Source: a candidate division WWE3 bacterium
Lineage (GTDB): Bacteria > Patescibacteriota > WWE3 > UBA101185 > UBA10185
Length of the DNA stretch: 64,000 nt
Assembly (NCBI GenBank): GCA_014729135.1
Contig: WJKK01000001.1
Span: 730,919 to 794,918 of the forward strand
Direction of reading: 5' to 3'
Position numbers and translations under genes: made by a program. This document shows, in pieces, positions 18,747 through 27,410 of this stretch. The notes under the pieces are model-generated. The model ran no database searches. It was not told the DNA's origin and worked only from the letters and a program-made list of their open reading frames with translations. Every line of letters starts with the position of its first letter. The stretch's first letter is position 1.

Positions 18747-18820
18747 TGCAAATTCACGCATTAGACAGTAATTTTCATCACTCAAGCCCTCCTGTTAGAT
18801 AAAAATTCAAAGAAATTTAA
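18747..18820 (+). repeat. Left copy of ~75-bp imperfect direct repeat
   Basis: 'tgcaaattcacgcattagacagtaattttcatcactcaagccctcctgttagataaaaattcaa...aatttaa' is ~80% identical to 21097-21173. Confidence 0.6.
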
Positions 18821-18950
18821 CACCTCGTATCCTAAGCAACCAGTCTATTGTGTAGAACAATGTAACTACCAGCTTATGCAGGGGTGCAGAGGGGGAAGGG
18901 AATAATTCGATAAAAAAGATATTATGGAAAAATTCCTCGTAAGGATTGAT

Positions 18951-19796
18951 CTATAATTCTACGCTTGTCCTTAATAACCGGTCTCTTATTTTGCTCGTTT
19001 TAGTAGAATAAAGTTCATATCTTATTCCCCTTAATAAGCATTCGCTGTTACAAAAAACAACATCCGGACTAAAAAAGTATCTGGCTTTTCTTTCTTTACT
19101 CAATTGCAGAAAGGTGACTTTAATTCTACCGTCCTCCTCATGATAAAAAGTAGTAAAGTGTTTTAATCCCGTATGCTCTGAAGAAGTTAGTTTATCAAAT
19201 TTACGAGTATCTAAACGTTCGGAAAAATAATTATTAATAATATTGGGGGGACTTTTTTCTTTAGAATCTTCTACGTATTGTTTACCCTTTTCATGTTGCA
19301 GAAAATATTTTGTTATTGCTCCCACACTCATATAAATGTTTCCTCCATCTGTTAAACAAGGAGGCTGCTGCTCTAAAGTCTCATAAATTCTTCCTGTATG
19401 TAGGATCGATAAAAAACTACTATTCTCTAAACCCTCCTTCGAAAGCAAATCTTCTAAGCTCTCTAAAGGGGAAGTGCCCTGTTTATAACCAATTTTAACA
19501 AGAGCTAAATTTTTATCTCCAAGCTTCACACCTTCTATTAAAAAATTTGAACCTTCCTTTTTTCCAATAAAGGCCGGGGCTTCTGTTAAAAAACCTAAAA
19601 CACTTTCCCCGTTTCTAAAGATAATCGGCCGTTGTTCCAACTCCTCCAAAGAATAAAGCTTGTTAAGGTTTTCTAAATAAACTTCTAAAACCTTTAAAAT
19701 ATTTAGCCTGTTTTGCTCTTTTATAATAGATAGAGTTAAAGACACAGTAGAATTATACAGGATAAAAAAAGAACCACGATAGATCCCGAACAGCAA
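18951..19796 (-). CDS. Hypothetical protein (281 aa)
   Basis: Long ORF with window-typical composition. No recognisable motif. Lies between direct repeat A and the IS element. Confidence 0.4.
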   Translation of the reverse strand: MLFGIYRGSFFILYNSTVSLTLSIIKEQNRLNILKVLEVYLENLNKLYSLEELEQRPIIFRNGESVLGFLTEAPAFIGKKEGSNFLIEGVKLGDKNLALVKIGYKQGTSPLESLEDLLSKEGLENSSFLSILHTGRIYETLEQQPPCLTDGGNIYMSVGAITKYFLQHEKGKQYVEDSKEKSPPNIINNYFSERLDTRKFDKLTSSEHTGLKHFTTFYHEEDGRIKVTFLQLSKERKARYFFSPDVVFCNSECLLRGIRYELYSTKTSKIRDRLLRTSVEL

Positions 19797-19938
19797 AAGA
19801 TCTATCGTGGCTTCGCCACCTTACGCTTCTTCGGCTCGATCTCAATCAGAGGGGCAATCGCAGTTGGTCGGTACCCTGTATTTTGGACATAAATCTATCA
19901 AAAACCTAGTATAAAATTAAGGTAAGGAGGATTATATT

Positions 19939-20187
19939 ATGTCTGAAACAACCCCACTTGAGGTTAGGAATAAAATCATGGAGGAGGTAAAGCTGGGTGA
20001 ACGCACTATAGCTGCCATAGCCAAGGATTATCACATTCCCGCAGGTCGCGTATACAACTGGATAAGTAGAGGTGTGTCCCAGGATGCACATGTTGTAGAG
20101 ATTAGGAGGCTTCGACGCAAAAACAAGGAACTATATGAAATAATTGGCCGATTAACAGAGGCCGTAGAGCACTTTAAAAAAAAATGA
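19939..20187 (+). CDS. IS3-family transposase OrfA (HTH)
   Basis: 'ERTIAAIAKDYHIPAGRVYNWISR' helix-turn-helix. Ends in KKK* over the A9 tract. Confidence 0.7.
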   Translation: MSETTPLEVRNKIMEEVKLGERTIAAIAKDYHIPAGRVYNWISRGVSQDAHVVEIRRLRRKNKELYEIIGRLTEAVEHFKKK

Positions 20188-20203
20188 GGTAGCCAGGTGG
20201 ATA

Positions 20204-21061
20204 TTGAGTCAGGACAACCAATATATTACCGTACAAGAGCTTTGTAACTGTTTAGATATTTCAAAATCCTCCATTTATTATGAAAAGAAGCTTCCCAAAA
20301 AAGACTTGAAGCTAAGTAAGCAAATTATTGATGTAATTAACAAGAATAAGACATATGGTCACAGACGGGTTGCCTTAGAGCTTAACATTAACAAGAAAAG
20401 GGTACTTAGAGTAATGAGGCTATTTAATATCAAGCCCTTAATAACCAGGTCTAAAAAGCCCCGATATAAATATAAGAAGGGAGAGTCTAGATTTGAGAAT
20501 CTAATTAAGACTATATGTCCAATAAGGCCTTATGTAATATTAGCTACTGATTTTACCTATTTGAGGTTTAAAAATTCCTTTTTGTATTTAGCTACTGTAT
20601 TAGACATATATACTAAGGAAATATTGGGTTATGCGGTTTCTACCAGACATACTCAAAACTTAGTATTAGAGGCTGTTAAATATGGATTAAGTAAATGCAA
20701 AACCTTACCTCTTTTTATACATTCTGATGAAGGTAGCGAATACATGTCAGATGCGTACATAAATTATGTACACTCCCAAAATATTGAACTATCAACAAGT
20801 GATATTGCTTCCCCTTGGCAAAACGGATTTAAAGAATCCTTTTATTCCCAATTTAAACTTGATCTGGGTGCAAAGAATCTAAACAGATTTGATACCTTGG
20901 GAGAAGTTGTAGGACATATTTATAAAACAATCTATTATCACAATAACCAAAGAATTCACACGACTATAAAAACACAACCTGTTAAATTTAGAAATCAAGA
21001 ATTAGCTAAATGGTCTGATGTTTGTTGTGATAGATTGGTGTCCAAAAAAATGGGTACTTGA
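20204..21061 (+). CDS. IS3-family transposase OrfB (integrase core, DDE)
   Basis: 'HRRVALEL...VLRVMRLFNIKP', 'ATDFTYL', 'HSDEGSEYMSDAY', 'SPWQNGFKESF' rve-domain motifs. Frame is open back to 20168. TTG start in the track. Confidence 0.75.
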   Translation: MSQDNQYITVQELCNCLDISKSSIYYEKKLPKKDLKLSKQIIDVINKNKTYGHRRVALELNINKKRVLRVMRLFNIKPLITRSKKPRYKYKKGESRFENLIKTICPIRPYVILATDFTYLRFKNSFLYLATVLDIYTKEILGYAVSTRHTQNLVLEAVKYGLSKCKTLPLFIHSDEGSEYMSDAYINYVHSQNIELSTSDIASPWQNGFKESFYSQFKLDLGAKNLNRFDTLGEVVGHIYKTIYYHNNQRIHTTIKTQPVKFRNQELAKWSDVCCDRLVSKKMGT

Positions 21062-21096
21062 CATTTAGACAGAGCATAGCAATTAAGAAGATTGAG

Positions 21097-21173
21097 TGCA
21101 AATTCATTAGATAATTATTTCTGTCATCCAAGCCCTCTTGTTAGATAAAAAATTCAATGCCATCCAAATTTAA
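21097..21173 (+). repeat. Right copy of ~75-bp imperfect direct repeat
   Basis: 'tgcaaattcattagataattatttctgtcatccaagccctcttgttagataaaaaattcaa...aaatttaa', a copy of 18747-18820. Confidence 0.6.
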
Positions 21174-21243
21174 AAGCCTCCGCCCAACACGCGCAGACCA
21201 CCCCATCGAAAACAAAAACCTACCACCATTATGTCTAATCAAA

Positions 21244-21438
21244 TTACTGCTCAACCAAAGTTCCCTTTCTATGAATTTTAAGAAAAAGCTTTTCTGCATC
21301 TTCAAGATATTCTGCAAGAGGCTTAAGACCTACTTCAGCGCGTAATTCATCCACTCTGTCAGGATACTGAAGGGGCATGTGAGGCTCTTTCTCCCACCTT
21401 ATCCGACTAGGACCCATGGAACCTATTCGGGCATACAA
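21244..21438 (-). CDS. Small hypothetical protein (64 aa), divergent from the radical-SAM gene
   Basis: ORF only. No motif. Confidence 0.2.
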   Translation of the reverse strand: MYARIGSMGPSRIRWEKEPHMPLQYPDRVDELRAEVGLKPLAEYLEDAEKLFLKIHRKGTLVEQ

Positions 21439-21472
21439 ACCAAAAACAACTACGGCGAGCGAGATTATCTTG

Positions 21473-21478
21473 TATAAT
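21473..21478 (+). promoter_or_regulatory. TATAAT -10 element with upstream TG, ~40 nt upstream of radical-SAM gene
   Basis: 'cttgTATAATgt', followed by a strong RBS 'aaggaggg' (21505-21512) before the ATG at 21517. Confidence 0.3.
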
Positions 21479-21516
21479 GTCCATAAATTGAAAACCTAAT
21501 ACAAAAGGAGGGAAGG

Positions 21517-22833
21517 ATGTTATACATGTTAAAAACAGACGTGTATTTTGTGCGCGGCGCCTTGAATGGTGCCCTTTTAGATACCCGAAGGGGGAATGTG
21601 TACTCCATAAACGAAAAGGCTTGCCAAGTACTGATGGGCGAGAGGGAAGATAGCGAATATTGGAAACTATTAAGTGACCAGGGACTTTCGGATAGTCCAG
21701 GTTCTATAAAAAGAGCGAAATTTTCAAGAAGAACCCCATGCGAATTAGACTTCGTGTGGTTCGAAATCACCTCTAGCAAATGTAATCAAAGCTGCATTCA
21801 CTGCTACACCGATTCCTCACCACAGACATCTCGTGAGAAACAGAAACACGTAGACACCTTATTAACACATCAGCAATGGCTTCAAGCTATACGGGAAGCC
21901 TATAACCTTGGCTGTAAAAAATGCCAGTTTATTGGAGGGGAACCCTTTCTCTATAGAGGAAAGGGAGGAGAAACTCTGAGAAATCTCGTTTCATATTCTA
22001 GAGACTTGGGATACAACTTCATTGAAGTTTTCACCAACGGATTACTTCTAACTCCCGCGAGAATCGCCTGGCTGAAAGAGTTAGGCGTTCATGTGGCCAT
22101 CTCCTTGTACTCAATGGAGGCGAGCATTCACGACTGTATCACACAAACACCTGGGAGTCAGCGTCAGACAATGTCTGCAATAGAAGAAATGTTGGCTAGA
22201 GATATTCCCTTTCGTGTCGAGACGGTCTTGATGAAACCTAACGAAAAAAGCGTTCCCAGACTTCAAGAAGCAAAGAAAACTTGGGGCGTTGAAAGTACCG
22301 TGGATATCTTGCGTCCTACAGGTCGAGGAGACAAACAACGATTCCAACCGGAATTTGAATACCTAGCTAAACATGGTCTGCAATTGGAACCTGCATTTGT
22401 CATAGATGAACAAACACTGCGACGGAACTTAGGTGGCAATCCCTGTCTCCAAAAACAACTCGTACTTACGGCGTCAGGGGAGGTATTTCCTTGTGTTTTC
22501 GCCAGAGAAACACATCTGGGTAGTATCAAAAAGACTTCCCTGGCAGGTATTATAGAGGAAACTCGCACCCAAGAAATATGGAATGCAACCAAAGACGGCG
22601 TCCTGGTGTGTAAGGACTGTGAGTATAGGTATGTTTGTCAAGACTGCAGGCCCCTCGCAAAAGCAGAGGCACACCCGCGGGGAAATCTCATGTCAGCTCC
22701 TCCACCTCGCTGTACCTACAACCCCTACACAGGGGAGTGGGCCGCTGGACTATGGACACTGGGCAACGAAGCATCTCCCTTCTATGATAGGACCAAGGGA
22801 GAGGAAATACAGCGTCTCCTGCAAATAAAGTAG
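21517..22833 (+). CDS. Radical SAM / SPASM-domain peptide-modifying enzyme with N-terminal RRE-like extension
   Basis: 'CNQSCIHC' is a CX3CX2C motif. 'IGGEPFL' is the SAM-binding glycine motif. The C-terminus has 'CX13GX4C' and 'CKDCEYRYVCQDC' auxiliary-cluster (SPASM) patterns. An ~75-aa N-terminal domain precedes the rSAM core. Confidence 0.8.
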   Translation: MLYMLKTDVYFVRGALNGALLDTRRGNVYSINEKACQVLMGEREDSEYWKLLSDQGLSDSPGSIKRAKFSRRTPCELDFVWFEITSSKCNQSCIHCYTDSSPQTSREKQKHVDTLLTHQQWLQAIREAYNLGCKKCQFIGGEPFLYRGKGGETLRNLVSYSRDLGYNFIEVFTNGLLLTPARIAWLKELGVHVAISLYSMEASIHDCITQTPGSQRQTMSAIEEMLARDIPFRVETVLMKPNEKSVPRLQEAKKTWGVESTVDILRPTGRGDKQRFQPEFEYLAKHGLQLEPAFVIDEQTLRRNLGGNPCLQKQLVLTASGEVFPCVFARETHLGSIKKTSLAGIIEETRTQEIWNATKDGVLVCKDCEYRYVCQDCRPLAKAEAHPRGNLMSAPPPRCTYNPYTGEWAAGLWTLGNEASPFYDRTKGEEIQRLLQIK

Positions 22834-22889
22834 TGTATACTCAACACAATGTAAACAAACTCCATTACCTAACAAAGGAGGTGAGAAGA

Positions 22890-23009
22890 ATGAAAACAGC
22901 TAAAGGAGCTACTCTGAAGCTGGTATCACAGGGTACAGATGTGAAATGTAAACCCACAAGCTGTAAACCCCGGATTTGCAATCCTAACGGAGGGTGCAAA
23001 CCACGTTAG
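22890..23009 (+). CDS. Candidate RiPP precursor peptide (39 aa) with four C-[K/N]-P motifs
   Basis: RBS 'aaaggaggtga' lies 7 nt before the ATG. Translation MKTAKGATLKLVSQGTDVKCKPTSCKPRICNPNGGCKPR*. Missing from the ORF track (<60 aa). Sits directly 3' of the rSAM/SPASM gene. Confidence 0.6.
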   Translation: MKTAKGATLKLVSQGTDVKCKPTSCKPRICNPNGGCKPR

Positions 23010-23059
23010 ACAGAGGGAATCCCGCGCCGTTAAATGAGGTAATATCTTAACAGAGGATG

Positions 23060-23806
23060 TCACTCTGATAGGATATTACCTCCCCTTATTTCTCTTAAAT
23101 ACTCATAAATATTCTGATTCTGACTTTCCAAATATACATTCCAACTATCAAGCAGCTCCTTTTTAATCTCAAGCAAACTCGCATGCCCTTCTAAATCTCC
23201 CGCAACAGAGTGATATACGTCACCTCCGTTCAGACGAATACGTAACTCATTATCAGCAATTAACTCTATTAACGCGTGCTCTAATTCACTCTTCCCAAAC
23301 AAAGAGTGCAAGGCTTCATGCACCAAATAAACAAGGGAATAATTTTCCCAATCCTCTGTATGCCCCCAAAGTATTTTATCCCCAATATTAATACCATTAC
23401 CAAGTTCAGGAGCTAATACAGCAACCTTAAAAGTCTCCACAGGTAAATCCACCCTCAAAATATCCTCCAGCTCTTTTAAAACTATATCTTTTTTATCTTC
23501 CCATTCCTTTTCTAACCATGCTTTATATTTCTCTGTCTTTTCTAGAAGCTTTTCATACTCTTTGGATTTTCTTACTTTATCGAATAAAGCTTCAGTTTGG
23601 TTTGGAACTTTTCTTAACTGCTCTAAAGCGGAATCATTTGCAAAAAATAAAACCACCTCTCTATATAAGAAAAACTCGTAAGCTATTTTGTAATCTTTCC
23701 ATAAAGCGTTCTTTAGGCTCTCCCAGTCCTCCAACGCGTAGGCATTCTTCCCAAACAGGGCCTCTGCAATGAGTATGGTTTCCTCTACTTCAAACTGAAA
23801 GTTCAT
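23060..23806 (-). CDS. HExxH-motif protein, putative zinc metallopeptidase
   Basis: 'LVYLVHEALHSLFGKSELEHALIELI' has HEALH plus a downstream Glu. Convergent with the precursor gene. Confidence 0.35.
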   Translation of the reverse strand: MNFQFEVEETILIAEALFGKNAYALEDWESLKNALWKDYKIAYEFFLYREVVLFFANDSALEQLRKVPNQTEALFDKVRKSKEYEKLLEKTEKYKAWLEKEWEDKKDIVLKELEDILRVDLPVETFKVAVLAPELGNGINIGDKILWGHTEDWENYSLVYLVHEALHSLFGKSELEHALIELIADNELRIRLNGGDVYHSVAGDLEGHASLLEIKKELLDSWNVYLESQNQNIYEYLREIRGGNILSE

Positions 23807-23945
23807 GAGCGTATTTTAGCATTTTTCATGATACACTCTCTCGCGATACCCCAATACTTAGATAAAACGCTGACAGCTACAAAAGAAGTCTCTCATTTGT
23901 AATAAAATACAAGTTATCGACAGAAATAAATTACTCTAAATAAAC

Positions 23946-24254
23946 ATGGAAAGAATGAGCATAATGACACAGAAAGCCGTCTTCAAAGAAATTTCCAAGA
24001 TTGTAAAAAAACATCTTCCTAAAGGGGATTATTCCGTTTTTGTTTTTGGCTCACGCGCTACAAATACCTCCAGAGAATACAGCGATATAGACGTTGGAAT
24101 AGAGGGTGACGAGAAACTCCCGCTAAGCACAATCGGATTTATGAAAGAAGATCTCGAAAAATCATCCATTCCCTATACTGTAGATGTTGTGGATTTTTCT
24201 AGAGTTTCTGCGCATTTTAAAGACTTTGCCACTAAAAATACAATTAAGCTATGA
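23946..24254 (+). CDS. Minimal nucleotidyltransferase (MNT / Pol-beta superfamily), no HEPN partner seen
   Basis: 'VFVFGSRATNTSREYSDIDVGIE' is the GS...DxD motif. Confidence 0.65.
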   Translation: MERMSIMTQKAVFKEISKIVKKHLPKGDYSVFVFGSRATNTSREYSDIDVGIEGDEKLPLSTIGFMKEDLEKSSIPYTVDVVDFSRVSAHFKDFATKNTIKL

Positions 24255-24409
24255 TTTCAAAACAGGAAAAAATCAACTATCAAACGAAAAGCTCAAAGCT
24301 ACACATTTAAAAGCAAATCTCCAGCTACAAACACACACACCAGCATAATGCGTTTGGAAGTTTATAAGTTAGGGGAATAAAAACCTATCTACTAAGCTAT
24401 AATATCCTC

Positions 24410-25696
24410 ATGCAAACAAACAAATTAAAAACCCTAATAAAAGAAAGCAAATTGTCGGTCTGCCTAGACTCCCGACAAATAAAAAAAGGAGACTACTTCA
24501 TCCCCGTTGTAGGAGAAAACCACGACGGCCACAGATTCATTGAAGCAGCCCTAAAAAACGGAGCTGCAGGAGTCATTGAAGAAAACGAACTTTATGACTT
24601 AGCACGTTTTAAAATCTCTCTTATAAAACCAAAAATCATAGGAGTCACCGGATCCTCCGGAAAAACCACAACTACTCAGTTTATTTACCAATTGCTGGCA
24701 ACCAAACATTCCACTACTTTGGGACATTTAAACACTAAACTGGGTCTTGCTGTGGATACCATTAATGAAATGAACTTAGACTGTAAGTATTTTATTGCAG
24801 AAATGGGGATGGATCGCGCAGGAGAACTAGAGGAAACCACAGAACTTTTCTCCCCAAATGTTGCTGTAATTACAACAATAAATGAGACGCACATGGAAAA
24901 ATTAGGTTCCCTGGAGAAAATTGCAAAAGCCAAATTTGGTATAGCCAAAAACCTAAAAAAAGAGGGTACGTTGATTTTAAATGCAGATAATGAGGCCATT
25001 CAAAATTATGTTAAGAGGCACCGTCCCAAAGTAGATTTGCTGTGGTTTAGCTTAAAAGACTCCGATGATATTAATCCGAAAAAGCTAAACAAAGATATAT
25101 TTAAAAACTTCAAAATTCCCGGGGAACACAACAAATCCAATTTACTTGCTTCCTTAAGTGTTTTAAAGGCTTTAAATGAACCAATAGACAACTACATTGA
25201 GCAAATTACCCAACTTCAACTGCCAAAGGGACGTCTCACAAAGCTAGAAGGCATTAACAACAGTGTGATTTTAGATGACACTTACAATGCTAATCCGGAA
25301 TCTACAAAAGCAGCTTTAAAAGTCTTGGATGAAATTAAAGGTAAGCGTAAGATTGCGGTTTTAGGAAATATGCTGGAGCTTGGAGATTATGAAAAAGAGG
25401 GGCATGAAAAGGTGGGTGAGGCCGTAACACAAGCTAAGGTTGATTTCTTGGTAACCGTGGGGGATTTGGGGGAAATTATTAGTAAAACCGCACAAGTTAA
25501 CAGGAAAATACATCTGGATAAGTCGACGGATTTTAAGGAGGCTTTAGACAAGGGAGAGGTGAAAATAAAGGAGGGAGATGTGTTTTTAGTTAAAGGTTCT
25601 CAAGGTGCACGAATGGAAAAAATTACAGAAGTACTTTTAGCTAACCCGGGAAGGGATAGAGCTAAGCTAGTGCGTCAAGATGTTCGGTGGGAATGA
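24410..25696 (+). CDS. murF: UDP-N-acetylmuramoyl-tripeptide--D-alanyl-D-alanine ligase (MurF-type Mur ligase)
   Basis: 'IGVTGSSGKTTTTQ' P-loop and 'DDTYNANPES' fit the Mur ligase family. Confidence 0.7.
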   Translation: MQTNKLKTLIKESKLSVCLDSRQIKKGDYFIPVVGENHDGHRFIEAALKNGAAGVIEENELYDLARFKISLIKPKIIGVTGSSGKTTTTQFIYQLLATKHSTTLGHLNTKLGLAVDTINEMNLDCKYFIAEMGMDRAGELEETTELFSPNVAVITTINETHMEKLGSLEKIAKAKFGIAKNLKKEGTLILNADNEAIQNYVKRHRPKVDLLWFSLKDSDDINPKKLNKDIFKNFKIPGEHNKSNLLASLSVLKALNEPIDNYIEQITQLQLPKGRLTKLEGINNSVILDDTYNANPESTKAALKVLDEIKGKRKIAVLGNMLELGDYEKEGHEKVGEAVTQAKVDFLVTVGDLGEIISKTAQVNRKIHLDKSTDFKEALDKGEVKIKEGDVFLVKGSQGARMEKITEVLLANPGRDRAKLVRQDVRWE

Positions 25697-26538
25697 CCTT
25701 TAACCACTAAAAACCTGCTTCGAAACCTGTCCCCGGTTAAACCCTCTAAAAGGTGTGAAGGGCTTATACAACGTATAGCTTCCCTTGAATCTCTAACTAA
25801 AGGATCCACAACATAAATCTTGCCCTCTATCTGTTTTAAAGTTACCAAATGGGTGTCTTCAAGCTCGGGGGCTTCAGAACCATATATCTCAGCGGCTAAG
25901 CTGTTTAAATAAGGCACAGCACTTTTCCGAAGCGAAACTACAATTAACTCTCCTTCACTTAGAAATTTCTGCAAAGTTTTTACAAACCTTTTCACATCCC
26001 TCATAATTGTGTGATTTAAAGAATCTCCCTCAATACCCCCTTCAGTGTATTCGTACAAAGAAACATCTAAACCTTTAGAAGTAAGAAAGGATTTCATACC
26101 GCGAGAATCGGTGCCGTATTTTATAGAAAAGGTTGGTAGATAAGTAATGTCAGTTGGGAGGTCAACGGAAATGCTAACGCGGCCTTTTATGTTGTCCCGT
26201 TGGGAGTTTAGCTTAGACCAAGCTTTAACTTCCTCTAGCACCTCTCCTCTCTCCATAGTATTAAGCACAGGGGCATAAGGGATCTTTATACCGGGTAAAC
26301 TAGGGAAAATGACGTTCACGAGAGGTCTAGTGTATTTACCAAATTCCACAAAATCTAGAAAAAGATCTTCTGGGGACTTGTCTAATTTATTAAAGTAATT
26401 AAGCACTTGTACCATGGAAGCTATACCACAGGCATTTAATAGTAGGACTTTAGGAAGCATCATGTCTAACTGGCTTTGATGTATTTTTGCTAAAGTGGTT
26501 TTTTCACAAAACATAGTTTGATTAGTGCCTACCGCCAT
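25675..26538 (-). CDS. Hypothetical protein (possible papain-like/C39-like Cys motif 'NACGIAS')
   Basis: 287-aa ORF. Only a weak motif. Confidence 0.3.
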   Translation of the reverse strand: MAVGTNQTMFCEKTTLAKIHQSQLDMMLPKVLLLNACGIASMVQVLNYFNKLDKSPEDLFLDFVEFGKYTRPLVNVIFPSLPGIKIPYAPVLNTMERGEVLEEVKAWSKLNSQRDNIKGRVSISVDLPTDITYLPTFSIKYGTDSRGMKSFLTSKGLDVSLYEYTEGGIEGDSLNHTIMRDVKRFVKTLQKFLSEGELIVVSLRKSAVPYLNSLAAEIYGSEAPELEDTHLVTLKQIEGKIYVVDPLVRDSREAIRCISPSHLLEGLTGDRFRSRFLVVKGHSHRTS

Positions 26539-26576
26539 ATTACGTCAGGAAAAAACTTAGATCATAAATGGAAAAA

Positions 26577-27410
26577 TTATAAGTACCAATTTAAGAACAA
26601 GTCTCCTGCTACAAAAACCAGAAGACTGCCTAGAATCATGAAAGGGCCAAAGGCAATCTTATCCTTCATTCCTTTTTTGCCTAGGGCCATCAATCCCAAA
26701 CTTACAACAGATCCTAAAACAAAAGAAGAGAAAATTGCAATAATATTGTAGGGAAAGCGGTTAAAAAGTCCTATTAAAAAAGCAAGGCGAACATCGCCAA
26801 AACCCATCCCTTTACCCTTAGTAATAGCATGTAAAAACCAAAAGAAAAGACCTAAAGAGACTGCAGAAACAACGTCAGACGATTTAAAACCAAACACCAC
26901 GTAGAAAACTCCAACCACTGCCAAACCTGTAAAAATAGCTTCATTAGGAATAATTTGATATTTGGTGTCTGCTAAAAAGATAACGATATATACCGAAAAG
27001 ATTAGTAAAAAATAGGCAAATAGCAAAACCGGATAGATATTGAAGCCCAAACCAAAAGCAGAACCCAGGGATCGAACTAAACCCGCATTTAATCCGGAAT
27101 GCAAAGGGGCGCCACCAAAAACTCCTGATGAAACTGCAGCCAACAAGAATATAACTCCTGTTAAAACCTCCGATAGGGGATAGGCCACTGATAAACGCTC
27201 GCTGCAGTAGCGACATTTCCCCTTGTTAAACACAAAAGAAAAAACGGGAATTAAATCGGCAACTTTTAAAACGTTGTCGCAAAAATCGCAATGAGACCGA
27301 CCAAATAAAATGGATTCTCCTGAAACCAAGCGATCAGCAACTAGATTTAAAAAGGACCCCACAAAAAGCCCCATGACAAAAACAAAAAAGTAGTAAAAGT
27401 ATATCTCCAT
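26577..27410 (-). CDS. pilD: Prepilin peptidase PilD (A24 family)
   Basis: 'CDFCDNVLKVADLIPVFSF...CRYCSERLS' tetracysteine motif and 'GMGFGDVRLAFLIGLF' catalytic Asp region. Start taken at the internal Met. Confidence 0.8.
   Translation of the reverse strand: MEIYFYYFFVFVMGLFVGSFLNLVADRLVSGESILFGRSHCDFCDNVLKVADLIPVFSFVFNKGKCRYCSERLSVAYPLSEVLTGVIFLLAAVSSGVFGGAPLHSGLNAGLVRSLGSAFGLGFNIYPVLLFAYFLLIFSVYIVIFLADTKYQIIPNEAIFTGLAVVGVFYVVFGFKSSDVVSAVSLGLFFWFLHAITKGKGMGFGDVRLAFLIGLFNRFPYNIIAIFSSFVLGSVVSLGLMALGKKGMKDKIAFGPFMILGSLLVFVAGDLFLNWYL

Larger units (their letters stand above)
19870..21100 (+). mobile_element. IS3-family insertion sequence (orfA + orfB); ends approximate
   Basis: HTH OrfA plus an rve/DDE OrfB separated by an A9 slippery tract. 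Right end proposed at ...gagTGCA (21100). Left end unresolved. Confidence 0.5.

Noticed and set aside
21465-21779. 104-aa minus-strand ORF overlapping the start of the radical-SAM gene
   Set aside because: Antisense shadow of a well-supported gene with promoter and RBS.
23036-23082. Inverted repeat gaggtaatatc / gatattacctc after the precursor peptide as a terminator
   Set aside because: The right arm lies within the C-terminal codons of the convergent HExxH gene, and the loop is 25 nt. Too weak to call.
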